Shown: positions 44,449 to 45,012 of the stretch, piece after piece
Layout: the number at the start of each line of letters is the position of its first letter
Numbering within the stretch: position 1 is the stretch's first letter
NCBI GenBank assembly: GCA_012862495.1
Contig: BLSG01000322.1
Location: forward strand, 91,812-136,823
From: Thraustochytrium aureum
Lineage: Eukaryota
Direction of reading: 5' to 3'
DNA: 45,012 nucleotides
Made by a program: the position numbers and the translations under genes
Notes under the pieces: generated by a model
What the model saw: only the letters and a program-made list of their open reading frames with translations
What the model was told of the DNA's origin: nothing
Database searches by the model: none

Positions 44449-45012
44449 CCGTTGCTGTTCAGGCTCGCCGTGTATGTGTCGACGAGGGTCGATGTTTGCT
44501 AGGGGCAGTCGGGCGGGCGGGCGGGCGGGCTCTGGACCGCGTGATTTAGCCCTTGGCTACGATTGCCGGTGGGCGCGGTACTGTCAGGCGACCTCGGCCT
44601 GCTCTTCGGCATCGGCCAGCCTTTCGGCGTCGCTGATTATATAGTTAGAACCCATAGATGTGTGCCCTTCTCCGATTGCTTGACGATTTGCGTCTCCGCG
44701 TTTGCCTAGCTAGTCCTCGACAGTTGCCTCCTCTACAGCCTACAGCGTGCAAGCTCACGTCCACAGCATTCAAGCTCGAGCTCTTGTCGTTCGAGTTCGC
44801 AAAGGCTCCTGGACACCAGCTGCAGCAGCAGCAGCCAGGGGTTCCAGCCACCGCAGCCAGAACAACGCCAGCAGGAGCACGAGCATCAGCATCAGCATCC
44901 GCACCCGCGCGAGGAGCAAACCTCGATACAGAACTATCGCGCTGGCCTTGCCGTTCGTGGAGTTTACGCACGCTCCACGACGGCCCGGGCCAAAACCAGC
45001 AGCATGAGCATG

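Noticed and set aside
44584..45012. Possible 3' exon of a minus-strand gene (…IISDAERLADAEEQAEVA*) and an (AGC)n-rich ORF at the window end
   Set aside because: Too short, in-frame stop upstream, no homology; cannot be supported within the window.

Overview
GC-rich, gene-dense, intron-poor eukaryotic nuclear scaffold with 12 N-gaps. The gene content and compactness suggest a protist, possibly a stramenopile or thraustochytrid; that assignment is inference only. About 14 protein-coding genes are supported: Wee1-type kinase (5'-partial), NF-YA/HAP2 (missed by the ORF track because of an intron and a frameshift), a HAD-phosphatase::alpha/beta-hydrolase fusion, a DEK-C + 3xSWIB protein, a small single-pass membrane protein, a disordered protein with a thrice-repeated motif, an unknown two-fold duplicated-domain protein, a VHL-beta-domain protein, a ~7.8 kb four-repeat (CNGK/tetraKCNG-like) cyclic-nucleotide-binding channel with an asymmetric selectivity filter, TSG101/Vps23, MIOS (GATOR2), a protein with five tandem NCS/calcineurin-B-like EF-hand modules, ATAD3 and FAD synthase. 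Many genes carry single-base frameshifts, mostly at homopolymers, which are best explained as sequencing or assembly error. I saw no tRNA, rRNA, CRISPR or recognisable transposon. The most interesting items are the four-repeat channel, the 5x EF-hand-module protein, the HAD::BpoB-like hydrolase fusion and the duplicated unknown domain.
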